Below, one piece after another: positions 1 through 23,500 of a stretch of 64,000 nt of DNA. The number at the start of each line of letters is the position of its first letter. Position 1 is the stretch's first letter. Source of the DNA: Anas platyrhynchos (lineage: Eukaryota); the NCBI RefSeq assembly GCF_047663525.1, contig NC_092587.1:189059457-189123456 (forward strand). Reading direction: 5' to 3'. The notes beneath the pieces are model-generated. The model searched no databases and had not been told where the DNA came from. It saw only the letters and a program-made list of their open reading frames with translations. The position numbers were made by a program, and so were the translations under genes.

Positions 1-9010
<9,010 letters not shown>

Positions 9011-11599
9011 TATTACTACATTACTACTTTCAGTTGTTTTGCCTGTTTTTACTTTTCAGAAGTTGTTTATTCATTGTGTTCTATGATGTGTAGTTTAAAG
9101 GGTGTCCTTTAAATCCTTGGCTGCCAGTGAAAATTCATCAAACAGCTGCAGATGAACTTACTTTAGAAGTCGAAGAGAAAAGCCATTCCATCTAAGGTGA
9201 AAGTTGCTTGTGTTAGTGTAAATCAAGGGCGCTTTTCAGTCAGGCTAGAGCTTATTGTTTATTTTTCTTTCATCTGAGTTGGGAAATGAGCATCATCAAA
9301 CCCAAACTATATTTTGTAAACTGCTAGTCTTTAAGGCTAGCAAAGGCAACTGTGAAATAGGTTAATTCTCCATGCTGTTCAAAGAAAAGGGGGAGTAAAC
9401 ATCAGAAACCACCAAAGGTTATCTTCTCATCCCATTCTTCTACCTCATCCAGTTGCAGACTTTTAAGCTGGCTCATCTTTAAGAATTCCCCAGCATGTAG
9501 AAGTCTTGTTACTGCTGCTATGAACAGCGGATGCTGTGATAATCCTTGTTGGTCCCTTCCAGTTTGGCTATTCTAAGTTTATTTCACTTGCTTTTTGCAG
9601 TGTGGAAGACCTCACTGCCCTTTTTCTTGGGGAAAGCAAGCTCGGTAGTTACTGCGCTCTATGGGATGTACACTTACTCAGCTAGAAGGCTGTAGAGGCT
9701 GGTCATGGCAGTTCTGGCAGCCCAAAATGGCAGTTCTTAATGTAATTCAGGCCTACGTCTCTGTGACAATGGTTGTATATAATTTTTAATAGATATAAGA
9801 ACAACATTACATTTGAAAGATTATTGTAACACCTGTAGTATTTAGAACGGCATGTAGGACATTTCAGCACCAAAATACGTACTAAACCCATGAACTAATC
9901 CTTCCAGTGCTAGTATAAACTGACAACTTGCAACACTTAACTACAGAGTTCACAGCCAGTCTGTGCACTAAGTTTTGCACACATATTCATGTCAAACACA
10001 GAAATGCACAAGGGGATGGGTGGTCAGGAGGTTCGCCCTGAATGTAAAGAAATTGCTATGCAGGTGACAGCACTCTGTGATTCAATGGTACAAGCCCATC
10101 TGCTGCAACAGCCTGAACTGGACAATGCTGCCTTCCCTCTAACTCTGTTCATCTTGTTAACTTTGCAAAAAAATGAGCAAAATGTAACTTGAGCAAACTG
10201 AGTTCCAGCTACTACCACAAAGAAACAAGGGTGGAGCTCAAGCAGCACTTGCTGGGACAGAAAACACACCTCTTCTGATCTTTACAGAGGACAGAAAGGA
10301 GAAAGAATGGTTTTGGTCATAGATATTCTGGTCACACTTAAGTAGCCATTTTCAACACCATCTGAGCAGGGACTCAACTGGAGCTTTCTTCTGAAAATAC
10401 TTCTACCAAAAACAGGAACTTGCACTGAATGCAGGACTACAAAGTTAAAGATGCCCAGCCTGCTCCACTGTAAGGGCTATGGTCAAAGTAAGAAGCCACG
10501 AAAGGTCATGCCAAAAATCAGGGAGTACCAAATAAACGAAACGAAGCAGAAGTTTCACATTGTCACTACCAGATTTCTAGGACATACAGAGCACCTATCT
10601 AAAACCCAGCTGGTTGTAATGAGATTCAAGCCATGTCCAGGGTGGACACAAGCAATCCAGGTGAATTTATCTATTTAGGTATTTGTGAGAAAGTGAGTGT
10701 AACAAAGACCTCTAAGAGAATGAGAGGCTGGAGTCAGTTTTGTTTAAAGAGACTATCGCCTTCACTTGTGTCTGATTTCAAGACTTGTATTTTGCTACAC
10801 CAATTTCCTCTGTTTTTCCTTGATAATCTAGATCAAATTCTCCATGGGGTGACTGAAGCAGCTGAGCCCTGAATATAAAGGATGCACTACACTAAAAAGG
10901 TTTCTTTGAATGTCTCTTTATAGCAGGAAAGAGAAGAGCTTTCAGATGTATGCTGAGCAGGCTCCAGTTTATTCTAACACTTTGAGTTGAACGCTACAGC
11001 GCCTGGAATAGGAAGGAGGCGCAAGGACACCCAAGCCAAAAACAAAACACAGCAACAATGCAAATGTGTTTCAGAACAAAACGAGTAACATTCCCCACCT
11101 CCCAGCTGTTCATTCCTGGTTCCAGACTGGTACCAAGAAACTATCACCAAAGATGCCTGAAATATGAACAAGAGTTACATCACAGTAATAAAACTATCCT
11201 CTTCTCAACGTTATTTCTTCATCTATTTCCTTACTACAACACATTCATTCCAGCTACTCTTATCAAAGAATTATCACAAAACACCACTTAAGGCTGTATG
11301 TGAATAGATAGCGAAGCTATCTATCTACATCTCAATTAAGAGTCAAAATTGTAAAAATCTATAAATGCAGATTAGGAGAGTGCTTCTTAAGTGGGAGGGA
11401 AAAGAACTACATAACATCAAGTTGGTTAAGGAATTTGAAAACCCAAAACCCAAACCAGTCTTCAGTATTCTCTGTAGACACCACATGGTATAAAGCTTTT
11501 CAATTCAAGTATTCTGTGTTCAGAGGGATGGACATCCAGGAGTTACAGAGCTCAGTATGAGAACCACTGGCCCAGGACGTTGAGAACAAATGCTGAAAA

Positions 11600-14500
11600 G
11601 TAAGAAAATAATTTATTATTATGATTGTTTGGATAGAGTACACTGCCACTCACCTGCTAGGAACCTTCTTCAATGACTACCAGCAAAAAAAAGCTCCCCT
11701 TATCATTGCCTTAACACTCCTAAGTTTCAGTACCTGTTAGTTCTTAAAGCTGTGTGTGCTTCAGTTATGTGTAACTAACTAAATTCCATTTTTAATCAAC
11801 TTTTATTTAATTAGAAGAGTGGAAGTGTGGACAGAAGATTTTTTTAAAAAATTTAATTCTGTTCGCGGTCAATCAGTTAGCATATTGAGACCCTAGCTTA
11901 AAACTTTTGAAACAATGCCTCTTCGTGATGGTATGAATTTGTAATTTGTATTCACAGTACTCACATGTCACTCCTCCAACTCTGCAAGTCCCATTTCTAT
12001 CAGTTTCATATGAACTAGTTTTTGATCATCTTCATACAAGGAAATGGTGACCTCTGGTGAAGATGCCTGAAAATCAAAGTTTTAACAGTTTTCAGAAGCA
12101 TGACAATGATCTGTTTAAATCTCACAGACCAACTAATAGTAAAAAGGACTTTGCTGGCTATTCTCACTGCCAAATGGAACTGTGAATACAGGGAGTATTT
12201 CCGTAAAGGAAATTAAAGAAACTTTTTTTCCCCCCCAAACCAGGAATGCTCAGCAATTTTTTTTGATTGCAGACTTCAGGAAAGAGCCACATGATTTTTT
12301 CACTTCAGTAGCAGTTCCTTCATGGTAAATGGTTCAAGATTTTAAATTATGAGGGTCTACAGTAAAACAAGTACTCAGAAATTACACAAAGATTGCCAGA
12401 AAGAATTTTAGGCTGAGCTGAGCAAGAATGAAGAAAAACTGCTATTTCTCACAAGTATGGAAGCAGAGAGCTGTTTTCCTTCAACGCAGTCCATCATAGC
12501 CCACAGTGCTTCCATGCTCCACTCGGGACAATACGGGATTCTTTCTGCATTTGTAGCAGTTAGAGGTTTAAATCCAGCCAGCAGAGCTCGCACTGCCTGA
12601 ACGGAATACTGCAGCAGGTGATGAGGTATGCAGCGCAGCCTGCAACAAAAATGAAGTGTTTGCAGGCAAGAACCTACCTGTCAAGCAAAACTGTCTGTCA
12701 CTGGAAACACAGAGACAGTTTTAATGGTTCATGGGACAGTTTTAAGGTGTGGAAATGGGGTCAGGGGCCCTGCTCTACAATAGCCTGCTGGTGTCACGCT
12801 GAACAATTCACCATGTAGGGCTAGGCTCTCTGAAGGACTTTCGCATCCTAACTATCATGAAGTAGGCCAGTGTCATACACCAGGCACGCTGGCTCACCAT
12901 TACAGCACCCACGGAGGAGTCTCAGGTGCCCAACATAGACTGGAGTGAAGAACAGAAGAGCAGGACTTCCAAGAAAACCAAGGGACACAATGCAGCCTCT
13001 ACAGCTTGTGCATCTGGACAACGATGTAGATCTCTGCAGTTCAAACTACTTCACTCAAATGTCCTAGTCCAACTACTTGATGTAGTACTTTAGTTTTGTT
13101 TTTATCATCTCATTATTCACCTCCCTCTTTCCATCCCAGAAAAAAAGGAATAGGGATGCTGAACAAGAAGCGCAACCCTGAAGTGTATCTCCTAAGACTG
13201 TAACAGCCCAGGAAGCAGGAAATCTGTTCAAATCCCCATTAAGTAAATCTGTAGCTGCTCCAGTGAGCTCAAAAGCAAGTCAGTGTGACTTATTTATATA
13301 AAATGCATGTGCTTCAAGAGAAATAATTCAGAGAAGTCTAGGGGACCATGAAAGCCTAGTGTCTGGGACATCTGTGCCTGTGTACTGGTGCTTGAGGAGT
13401 AGTTCCTAGCAGCTCAGCATCAGGCAAGAACAGGGATCTGAACTTCCAGCTTCCTCATAAGCAGCGTGGGGCGTGCTTTGTTCAGTCACTTCCTTATCTT
13501 ATTCCCCAGCTGTCTTCTACACAGGTTGAGCTGCAAAGGGTCAGAGGATTTATTTGTACAGAAACCAGGGACTAAGCCCTCCAGGTAAAACCTTCTTGGG
13601 TGCAAAAGCAGATTGTGAACCCAAGCCTACCTCACAGGGTATGAAGTTCAGTAACCCAATGATAGAGAAACCTGGTATTATAGTAACGGGCTTCTCCTAA
13701 CTACCCCAGAGACAGAAGCAGGTGCACACCCTAGTGCTCTGCAGGCAAATTGTGTAACCAGCCACCTAACTTTCTCTCCAACTGAAATCTAATGCTGCAC
13801 TATTACTTATTGAGTATCTATAGCTATATACATGTGATTAATACATTTGTGAAAATACACGCACCTGTAAATACTTATGATATAAGCATATATATACACG
13901 CATACACATGCGCACACATCCGTATTTTACATGCATTTTTTTCTGATTATTTACTTGCTGGTTGGAACAGCTGAAAAATTGCCGTAGTCAACAAACTGAA
14001 TCAGGATCTTATCAGAGTTGAGTTCTTCAACAGAGAGGAGCTTCGCTCTATACCACAAACCATCCCTGTATTCTGCAAGGCAAGGCATTTCTGCAAAAAC
14101 AAAAGCCCCAAAATACACTCAGTGCCATACAAACTAATTCATGTCATCAATTTTGCTTTGTGACTGCGATTCTATTCTTTCTCTAATTCGTAATATTCTC
14201 TCTGAAATTCAATTCACAATTACTAGGATGTAATTTTAGTCAAGTTAAAAACAGCCAAACTGCTTCATGTTGGAAATTTCCACTTGGACTCTCCTGTACA
14301 CTTCAGTTAGCAAATAGATCAGACTTTTAAGCTGGATACTGCATAAAACCAGAACTTTACAAACTAGTTACTAGAAACAAGAACTAGCACTAAGTAGTTT
14401 CTTCACAAAGTTCTAGATGAGTGCAGTTTATTATTTTAGGCCCTCTAGCTGTGGACAGGAGAACTGCAGTATGTCATGCCTGATCTGAGAAATTCAGAAT

Positions 14501-17500
14501 AGGGTTCAAGTAATTTCCAACTCTAGATTTTCAGTACAGATCTTATGTCTTTTGAGTATTTAGTAGACTTCCAGAGCCATAGCTTCAGGGAAGAATTTTA
14601 TTATTGCCATATTCAATCTAAATGTTATTCATCAGCTTCAACACACAACAGAAATTTGAGTTACTTTCATCATCCCACTGAAAAACAGTAACAGAGAAGT
14701 CTTTGTTTCATGCAAAGAACACATAGTGTATCATATGATCATCATGCAGATTTGTTTCTTACTCTGTTAGATTTACTCAAATATCCATACGTAATAGAAT
14801 TATTTTGATTCTTTGAAAAGAATTTCAGGCTTTTGTTTATACACATGGAAAAACAGGGGGGGAGATAAGTAAACTAACATACCTGTTCTGAAGTCTGTCA
14901 GGAGAGGAAGAGAATCCACAATTTTATTGCACCATTTGAGGGCTTCATTGAGGCTGTCCAAGTTGCAGCTAGCATCTCCCTCTGTGGTAGACGGCTTGGT
15001 AACGTTCTCAGAAGGATTAAGACAGATGTATACCTATCCAAACAAAAGGCTCCCATATTACAATTTTTGTAGACTTTTTATGACCTTCAAATTCCACCGC
15101 TAATCAAGGATTATTAGAATACTACCTATTCCCATCCTGGAAAGGTTTCAGCACTTACCTCTCCCCTTTCTTCTTTCCTCAACTTACAAATAAATTTCTA
15201 GTTACACATTTTTCCCCCCCAAAGTAGAAGAGAGTAACCATTTATTAACATCACGTTTCAATATTAGAAAGCAAGAAGCGAAGGAATGCACTTCATACCC
15301 ATGTGAGATTTTGCAGCTGTCCCTCATTAGGGTTCCTCCCTCCTACCACTTGGGGTAAGCGATCTCACTTTATAATGGCAAACCAGATTCATTTTAAAAT
15401 TAGTGCAAGAAGTTCTGAAACTGCATTTTATTTGCTATGCAAAGGCATTCCATTCATTTGACTTCTAACTGGGTCATCAGTGTAAGGCTGCAGGTCCAAG
15501 AAAATGAAACTTTAACCAACACACAGACAAGTCATTCAGATTTTAGATCACTTAAAATGTCTTGTTTTTTCAACAGGGACATCGCATAACATTGATATTC
15601 TACAGATAGTCCTAGTAATTAATGAGTAGGCTATCAGTATTTGTGAATTCAGCATTATGATTCACCAGCCAGGAAGAAAATTAATTTTCATTTTCTTATT
15701 TGTACATGGATCTATAACCAAGCCACAACTCCATCATGCAACTAATACTTAAATATATGAGTCCAGAGCAGGGCCTGGTGTCTGTGATTATATACCATGA
15801 TCAAAAGCACGAGTTAAATAATTTGCAAAAAATGAACCAAATACATGTTGGTTATCTCCTTCCCTTCTTACAGGGGAAACATGAAGAGAATCCAAGAAAA
15901 GCCCTTTTCTAACGTATCCTAACACTTTCATCCTGTATTTAGTCAAAACAATCGTCTGCATAGAATATACATTTTCTGGGGAAGATGCATGTAAGTAAGT
16001 TCGTGTAGTGACTTTGTAACCAAACCATAATACTGAAACTTAAGGCAACTGCTTCTATTCTGTAAAACCTGTTATCTACACATTTACCAAAACAATACAA
16101 GCACTTCAAAATAAATCAACCCACTCAAAAAACATTAAGACAATCATCTTCTCGCTGCTTTGTTTTCCAGTCTCATCCAATATTCAAAGTCCACGCAGGA
16201 ATGTGGGTTTTTTTTTTGTTTGTTTGTTTTTTTTGATCGATCAGTATTACATTTGCCCTTTTGCCTGGGAGACTGCACAGGGCAGCTGTGTGGGTATGCA
16301 CAAAAATCAATGACCAGTCATCGACCGGAGACAGCCAAATGACTGTAACAGCCAGAAACTGTTCACATTATTAAACAATATCCCAGAAATTTAATTTTTG
16401 GGAATAAAGAATATAAATCCTGTGTTCTGCTAAGTTAAAATTCAATGACCCACTTCCTTATTATACAAGGTAAATTAAGTACCATACTACAAACCCTGCA
16501 ATTCCAATTTTTTTAGGGCAACAGGCAGTATTTATTTCACTATCCACCTGCTCCCCCAGGTTATTTGAAATGAGCTCATATCCAGATAGCTGCAGTACTT
16601 GACCACCTGTATCAATACATAAGTAGCATTTTGTGACCTATTTTTCTATTATCTAAACTTGTTAGCTGTGATCATTAGCATGATGAGACTGCAGCATTTT
16701 CTGTCTGCAGTGTATGAGATGTTATCAAAACTCACCTCCTTAGGGGATACAAGATGGGTAACTCTGACAGGAAAGATATCTCCTGGAACAGGCAGTGGTG
16801 GCAATGTGTACGAAGGCAAAACTTGAATGCTTCTTTCAAGCAGCTCCTAGACCAAGATGGACTTTAGTTAAGAGTCAGATTTTGTAATAAAATGCAAACT
16901 TGGCTTGCGTGTGATTTCTGGTCAAAGGAATTATCTAGCAGCAACATGTCCTTGATAAACATATAAATCAGATGCTATGAGAGACTAATTTATAATTAGG
17001 TTTTCCATGGTTACTCAGTCCTCATACATACAAATTCCGTGAACTGTATCACAACGATACTGGCTCACATGCTACAACTTAAATGAGCAGTGACAGCAGT
17101 ACACATTGTACTGCAGAATTGTTTTCTTTCCAGCATGAGTCGCTGCTTCAAAAAAAATACACTGTCAGAGAAATACCATGACGAAATCACACCTACACTT
17201 GTTATGCTCAGGTGCAGTGTACTTGACCTTAATACAGTTTATATTTCTGTACAGTTTTTCAGTATAAAAAATAGCAATCAACCAAAGGTCACAACAAGAA
17301 ACTGGGTACTCTTGTGAGTAACAACAGCAGAAGCCCAAAATCTCACCTGCTTTGGTATGTCCTGACAGTCTTCAGTGACACAGAACTGCTGGTAGGCCAT
17401 GAAGGAGGAAAGTGACATTCCATGGAAATACAGGCTGACAGACAGCTTGCCCCATGGGTTATCCGGTAGCTGCTACTTACACAAGGCAGAGTAAGATTAC

Positions 17501-20500
17501 AACAGTAATAGCATGACCGATGTTTTGGAAGTATTGACCAGGAAATTCTAACCTGCTACTCCTAATGACACCACACTCGTTCCCTCAAAGACACAAAAGC
17601 AGTAAGGATTTCTTAACACCAATTACGGCACAAACTGGAACATGACTGCATCTGTCTCTGGAATGGCAGCACCACCTAACCCACGTAACACTGAAACGTC
17701 ATCCCAGGTTTGCTCACTTAACGATAAACCCTTTCCTTTCACAATTTACCACTAGAAGTTATTTGAAATTGCATTTTTTTTCCCCAGACAATAGGTATTT
17801 GTTTCCCTATAATGTTAATATATGAATTTAAGCATGCCCACATTCAATTCTCATAGAATCATAGAATATCCTGAGTTGGAAAAGACCCCATTAAGATTGA
17901 GTCCAACTTCTGGATTATGTTCAAATCATGTCCAACATTCATCACTTAAAATTGTATTTAGAAGAATTTACAATGTTGGTAGGTAAGATGTTGACAGAAC
18001 ACAAACATCAGCAGAAGTGTTAATACCTCCAAAGGATAAATTTAAGGCCTTGAAGTCACTGGAGAAATAACTTTAGCTTTCAATTCTTCCCTCTCAGAGG
18101 ACGTAAAGACTAAGGATAAATTGTTTTATCTAAGAAATACATTTTTTGCTACATTCCTTCACCTAACGGTCATAATAGAAGTTAAAAAGAAAGCAAAAAA
18201 AAGGTAAGCATCGCTCCACATCTACGAATAAACAAAGTTACCTGAACGTGTATTTCAACCTCTTCGTTTGTAAGTAGTTTTTGAAGGAGGTACACTGCAT
18301 CCCGCTGCCAAAAATTTCCAACCTATTTGGTAAAAAGCAAGAAACCCCTAAAGAGTGAGGTGCTTATAAATAATACTATTATCCTTGTAAGTAACACTAT
18401 TATTCTTAAAAGAGATGAAAATATTTGTCTTATTGAGCAACTTCTTGGAAAGCACATATAATTAGCCTGAGTTGTCTACAACAGTTTATACACTGTCTGC
18501 TATTTGGTACACTACAGCTCCTTGTGTTAACAACGCTGACCAGCAATTTTCAGATCTTGTAGTGACTTAGAAAGAGACGCTGCTTGCCAAGTCTAACCTG
18601 TACTACATACAAATTGTCATGTATATGTGCAAATTACATGAAACATAACCAAAAGATACAGAATTAAACTTGAAGATAACAGAACAAAGATACTGGGTAC
18701 TTTAAATACTCTGCAATATCCATTTGCCTGCCAAACCATAGGCCTATCTTTCCCCATAAACCTCTTTTTTCATCTATCTGAACTGCTTCTAGCAATAAAA
18801 TAGTTTTCTTTAAAAAAGTATAAGGTAAGCTAGCCATTTCAGTAATTCACACTTACTAAATGCACCATTCTCAAATTAGAGTAACAAAACTGACTTGAGA
18901 GTTTACAATTTTGTGGCCATTCTGCAGTAAGAAATCCAGGACTTGCTTCTTGTTGCTGCTATTGTAAAAAACAAACTGCCGCTTCAGAGTATCATCCTGC
19001 CACTGCCAGACACTGTGGTGTCCTGACTCAAGAATTTAATTCCAATGACAGCTGCTTTTGAAGTATGATCATTTCATAAAGTAATCTGTTATTTTCTGAT
19101 AGAAGACAGCCTTGCTGAAGTGATTCTTATCAGCTATTCCCTGAGTTCTCAGAGGAAAGCAAAAACACCAGCAACTACTCTCAACCTCTGTATGACTGAG
19201 CACTATCATCAATTGAGTAAACACCTAAAAAGTCTTCAAAATTTAGCCTTACTCACTGGTACTGTCTTGTAGAGCTGACATGGTATGCAAAATGGAGGAG
19301 TATCAGCATACAACGTAGTTGGATACAGATGACACTGAGGGACCTTCTCTATATATCCACGGTCGATGTACTGTACCTACACATAAAGGTTTTTCTGAAA
19401 TAATTCCTGCTTTTAAGGTCAAAAAGCAAAGGGCTTATTTATAGCATCATTTTTCCAGAGGAAGAGAATAGCTACGGAAAAGACTGAAGAACTGCTAAGA
19501 CATTTAATTTATCTTTCAAGAGATCTGCCTCTTCTGAAGCAAGCTACAGCAGTTTAAAACTGAAATAAAAACCACTGCAAGCTCGGAACTTGTCAGACCT
19601 GCAAATCTATAACCAAAAAGCATGCATAGACTCAGGAGATTAGGTAATACTAACTACTAATAACTGCTAATTGGAAAAAGGAGCTCTATAACATAGCAAC
19701 TGAAAGAATTCACAGTCAACAACTACTTGCTTGGTAGGTGCAAGCTAAAGCAAAAGTATTTAAGGCATTCTGCTTATGATCCTAACAAAAAAGCAAAAAA
19801 ACAGAATTGGATTACCTACAGGTAATCAAGGGATCAAAGACAGCTTTATACTTAAGAACATTTATCATCAACAGGATTACCATGGGAAAATAATAACAAC
19901 TGAAATAAGCAGACAGAATTCAACTTAAGATAAATGTAAAATCAAAGTGATCAAAATTTGAAGCAGAATGAGCAGCTAGGCAGTGATATCAGCTGAACAA
20001 AAATAGAAGTTATACATTTTAGAGAGTCAAATCAGTTATTTATATTTACTATATATGTGCAAACGTTCACACACACAGACAAAATACAGTCCAACTTACC
20101 TGGAGAGTACCACCACCAAGTTCTACAACTTTACCTCGATACCAAAGGGTATCTGACCCTCTTATAACACAAGCTTCTCCTTTTTTCCAACAATAGGGTT
20201 CCAGAAGACCAAGGCATTTGAAGTTACTTTGTATTTCACTCATCAATTCCTTTAGTTTACTTTCTGGACAAAAGCAACAAACAACAATACAACAGTTGTC
20301 TAACACAAAATTCAGTCTAACTTTCAACCACAAATTATTTTGATTACTTGAAGTCAACACATTCCATGAAGAGATATGTAAACAAAGTACATGTACTGCT
20401 CCAAAAAATGTTTTCAATACTGATACAATAGGTATGTTCAATTTCTAGTAGATGCAAACATGACCACTTAAACAGATGTTTTTCCAGCAGTGAGGCCATC

Positions 20501-23500
20501 AGTGATTCTGGATTCCAGCCTCTTGTGGTGCCATCTTGTAGGCATCTTTTTTTTTTTTTCCTTGCCTGAAAGCAGTGCAACCCCTACCCAGGTGAACACA
20601 GCCCTCACTCCCAAGCCGAGGTCCTCATCCCATCCCGAGAGCAGCACTCCCAAACATGACCCTTGTGTAACAACATTCTGATTCAGAACATGTCTAGAAG
20701 AACACCTATCCGGTACATTCTGATGTACCAGTGTGAGCAGGTTCATAGACATAAATGTATTTTCTCGCATGCAATCTTACCGAATAATTTTGGTATCACA
20801 TAAATAGTTCCATCATGTCCAACACAGGTCACTACCGCTTGAAAAATTTTCACTTCAGGTATGATGGGGGTTTTATATATTTCATGCATTTCCAAACGAA
20901 CCAATGACTTGTACGTTTTACTTGGCTTCTGTTCACTCTCTGAAACATCCCCATCTTTCTCTTCAGCAGCACTGTCTCTTACGTATGCAGTTTCTGAATC
21001 ACAACTGTTCAGTTGTGGGTTCTCTTCCTCTAGACGTACTTCAGGATGTTTCTTGGGGACTGCACAAGCCACAGCAGCTTTGTGAGTTCTAGCAGATTCA
21101 ATCAAAACACAACACATTAACTGGTAAAGAACTTGGAAGCGTGAAATAAGATAATGGAACTTAAAAAAAAACACAACAGAAGATGGAAAATGCTTCTTTA
21201 CACAGTGTTAAATATCTCACCAACCAACTTAAAGAACTGGAAACGTGGAATGCAAAAATATAAATTACTCAAGAAACTTCACTTAAGATGGTGTTTTGTT
21301 ACTACATACGCTATAGAACATAATCCAGTTTTGTTTTACTCATTAGATTTCCACAATATAGCTCAAGTCTGAAAGAATATAAAAGAAGTATCCAAACCTG
21401 TTGTTTCTAAAAGCCAAACCCTTTTTAATAAGGTGTTCTGAAATATCAATTAATTGTCCTGCTTCATCCTTGCAAAAAATTTTCACAGGCAACGCACAAG
21501 CCGTATCACCTTCCTGCAAGAAGTTTGGAGAGCTTTAAAACATTGTTATAGGCATTTCCACTAAACTACTGGCACAGTTTTTAGTTTATCAGACTGCAAA
21601 TCAGACTTAACAACTGATGCTCCCATCAGAGCACACGTTTACTTATTCCGTATCACAGTTCTTGTCATTTTACCAACTGCTGTAAACATGACTTGAAAGG
21701 AAGTAACAACAGGATTTTGCTTCTTCCCTTATCTGTTTTGATAGAATTAACAAGTAATTAATTTATTCTACAGCAGGAACCCCCTCATGGGTAACTTTCT
21801 CATCACTGCTTTTATTTCTAGACACATTTTAAAACCTGAGTGGCAGCTGCCCATAGACATTAAAAAAAAGAAATCCAACACTCATGGTAATTCAGTTTTG
21901 GTAACTGATTGAAGTACAACACTGTACCTAAAACTGACCCACTCTTTCAACTTCTGAAGCTTGAAAACTAATACAGTAGGTGCAAAAGTAATTCTCCTCA
22001 AGACCGTGAGTGCATCTGACTGAAAAGACCATCCGTTACATTTGTCAGCAGCCAGTGATCCTGAAGATGTAAATGCTATTCTTCATTAAATAAGGATTAT
22101 TTAGGATTATTATTTTTTTCCCTCCACTGGGTAGTCAAAGTGCTCTAATGCTCCACTGGGTAGTCAAAGCGCTCTAATGCTCCAGTGAAGAGTGGAAAAA
22201 AGCAAAAGCATCTTTTAATTTACCAGTGAACAAGTTAATTACTTTCAGGACTCTCTGAAGAGTGTGAATATCCAGAAAAAAAAAAAGTAACGAACAACTT
22301 GATACAGATTTTATAAATATGGCAAAAATATTTTGATTACAAACCTGGATGATTATTTTTGCTTGTGCCCCAGTCAGGTAATAGGATATATAGTCACACA
22401 CCGTTGCTGTCCACTTCCACTGTGTGCTTCCACCTGTTGGACTAATAAAAAAGATTATCGCCTTTAGTACAAGAGAACTTACCCTTTACTGAGGTTTTAG
22501 TATGTTTTGAAACTGCCTGCACTGTCAGGGAAAAAAAACAAAACATCACAATCTGCATTACAGTCAACAGTAAAAAGAAACTGTTATTTGTTTCTCAATC
22601 TATAGTACAGGAAGAATTCATAAATATAAGCCCTAAAGTTTCAAACTGAGGAGAATGATCAGATCTAGAAGTATGTCACCTATCTTAAAAGAATCGAGAA
22701 AAATCCAGACTTCGCCTGCAAACTGAGCCTTCTATATTAATTTATGGAATGAGTATTACAAGTATGTTTTTCTGCACATTATAGACAAAAGCACACAAAT
22801 GCAGAGAGGAATACGTCAATTCTCTCTTCTATTGTCTCTATGAAAGATCCTTTACATTTTCATGAGCTCTGATGCACCTCAAATTTTCAGTCAAGGCAAG
22901 AAACATTCAGCGAATTAAGAAAACCCTGCATTATCTATCCAGTGTTTTGTATAATTCATCCCTTGAAACTTTAGTTCTGTATCACAGTTTGTTTTTACTG
23001 GTATGTAGCCTAACTCTTAGAAAACAAACAAACAAACACACAACAAAACCTTTGCAAAAGAAATGGCAACTCTCACTGCTCTTTTTTTTTTCATCCAAGG
23101 AGCATACCATATCCAGATCTTAGGTCATCACCATTAATACAGGAAAATATTGCGCTATGTCGTTATCAGGTTTCTAATGCTGCTGCTTCAGAGTAAGGGA
23201 AAGGCTACCTTATGTCTACTAAGGAGCATTCAATTGCTAATGTCTTAATTCTCTTCATGCTTTCCTCAAGTTTTCTTAGGCAGCTGATATCCACTGTTTT
23301 TTCAGCTCCAGAATCATAGAGCATTACCTGTTACAAACAAGAAACAAAACAAAAACCTCTCTCTTAACATTGCCTGTAACAACATGATAACTCCAAGCAT
23401 GCCTGAACAGGGGAAAGAAAATTTAGCCTAACATTACCAAGATTTATAATGGAGTGAAATCATCAAGGCACACAATGATCAATGCCCTTCTTACAACAAA

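Noticed and set aside
18950-19010. Apparent open frame (…[24 protein letters not shown]) that I first took for an RNF17 exon
   Set aside because: The flanking exons 19257-19376 (…CQLYKTVP) and 18242-18322 (VGNFWQRD…) join directly in phase and form a contiguous Tudor tail. No intervening exon is needed, and splice signals here are weak.
23338-23400. Minus-strand 'CAG|GTAATG' read as a splice donor
   Set aside because: It is actually the acceptor (…ttgtttgtaacag|GTAATGCTC…) of the exon at 23209-23327. The putative upstream 46-nt 'exon' encodes implausible sequence.
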